Source of the DNA: Actinomycetota bacterium
GTDB lineage: Bacteria > Actinomycetota > Acidimicrobiia > Acidimicrobiales > Aldehydirespiratoraceae
Length of the DNA: 64,000 nt
Assembly: GCA_039188975.1 (NCBI GenBank)
Contig: JBCCYT010000004.1
Span: forward strand, 258 to 64,257
Reading direction: 5' to 3'
Within the stretch, counting starts at the first letter, position 1. Each line of letters opens with the position of its first letter. The notes beneath the pieces are model-generated. The model made no database searches. It had not been told where the DNA came from and saw only the letters and a list, made by a program, of their open reading frames with translations. Positions 63,520 through 64,000 of this stretch are shown here, piece after piece. The position numbers and the translations under genes are program-made.

Positions 63520-64000
63520 ATGTCTTACAGCGAGGTTGATCTTCGACCCGTTATCCAACTCGATGAAGACACGCGCGGTGACTTCATCGTTCGTGTGTAT
63601 CAGCATCTCCTCGGCGCCATCGCTGCCTTCGTCGGCTTCGAAGCGCTGTTGTTTGCGACCGGCATCGCCGAGAGCATCTACGACTTCCTCGCCGGATCGG
63701 GCGGTGTTGCGTGGCTGCTGATTCTGGGCGGCTTCATGGTCGGCCAGATGATCGCCGCCAATGCGGCCGCCGATCTCCTCAACCCCGGCAAGCAGTACGC
63801 CGCGTTGTTCGGTTCGGCACTGCTTCAGGCGTTCATCTTTGCGCCGTTCCTCTACTACGCGTTCAACGCCCAGACCGGCGGCACCGCGACGGTCGGCGCA
63901 GCCGCGGTGCTCACTGCGGTCGGCTTCGCGGGTCTCACCGTCATTGCCTTCATCACCCGCAAGGATCTGTCGTTCATTCGGCCGATGCTGATGTTCGGCG
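63520..64000 (+). CDS. Bax inhibitor-1/YccA family membrane protein (3' end off the right edge)
   Basis: My own translation from ATG 63520 (AAGGAG Shine-Dalgarno): MSYSEVDLRPVIQLDEDTRGDFIVRVYQHLLGAIAAFVGFEALLF...FITRKDLSF. The frame is open to the window end and is not in the ORF track. Confidence 0.7.
   Translation, partial: MSYSEVDLRPVIQLDEDTRGDFIVRVYQHLLGAIAAFVGFEALLFATGIAESIYDFLAGSGGVAWLLILGGFMVGQMIAANAAADLLNPGKQYAALFGSALLQAFIFAPFLYYAFNAQTGGTATVGAAAVLTAVGFAGLTVIAFITRKDLSFIRPMLMFG

Overview
This is a visibly high-GC, densely coding, actinobacterial-type chromosomal segment (GC not computed). I support about 70 CDS and one tRNA. I found no rRNA, no CRISPR array, and no recognisable transposase or integrase. 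Many gene junctions are 1-4 nt stop/start overlaps (ATGA, GTGA). I used these to trim the over-long ORF-track models, which count GTG and TTG as M.

Contents from left to right:
- 1-3.8 kb: an actinobacterial Tad-like cluster (TadC/TadB-like, CpaF-type ATPase, CpaE/MinD-like) with a divergent HAD-IB hydrolase.
- 3.8-5.9 kb: a His-rich YibE/F membrane protein and a GNAT.
- 6.07 kb: a tRNA with anticodon UCA (tRNA-Sec).
- 6.2-8.9 kb: a PPOX-family protein, a translationally coupled N-acyltransferase plus heme-oxygenase-like iron enzyme pair, and an EEP nuclease/phosphatase.
- 9-17.8 kb: an acyltransferase-SGNH protein, a serine hydrolase, two paralogous membrane proteins, a deazaflavin-type reductase, a group-2-like sigma-70 factor, NadE, a hydrolase and an SRPBCC protein.
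- 18-27.8 kb: a large LuxR/MalT-type regulator, three tandem paralogous PBP lipoproteins, two FecCD permeases, an ATPase and a siderophore-interacting reductase.
- 27.9-30.9 kb: DUF3179, a TauE/SafE protein and an FG-GAP-like protein.
- 31-34.3 kb: glnII, glnA and glnR.
- 34.3-38.8 kb: a His-motif lipoprotein and an FbpABC-type Fe3+ transporter.
- 38.8-40.7 kb: patatin, a VOC-fold protein, a small membrane protein and RidA.
- 40.8-44.9 kb: a MoxR-vWA pair followed by a 2.2-kb cassette. The cassette is bracketed by 62-bp direct repeats and encodes a 7-blade propeller / TM hairpin / metzincin protein plus a micro-peptide. This is my top candidate for an undescribed system.
- 44.9-47.3 kb: an NDMA-type alcohol dehydrogenase, a hypothetical protein and a tautomerase-like pair.
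- 47.5-51.4 kb: the circularly permuted ATP-grasp / alpha-E / transglutaminase / Anbu operon.
- 51.5-54.2 kb: a haloalkane dehalogenase, an APH-like kinase and a stand-alone TOPRIM protein.
- 54.2-64 kb: a mycofactocin-type SDR plus an MftE-like creatininase, a second acyltransferase-SGNH protein, an amino-acid 2-monooxygenase-like flavoprotein, VapBC, an amidase, a SnoaL-like protein, an MftD-like FMN dehydrogenase, an orphan Rv0909-like small protein and a BI-1/YccA protein (partial).

All functional calls come from motif and family recognition by eye. No database search was run.
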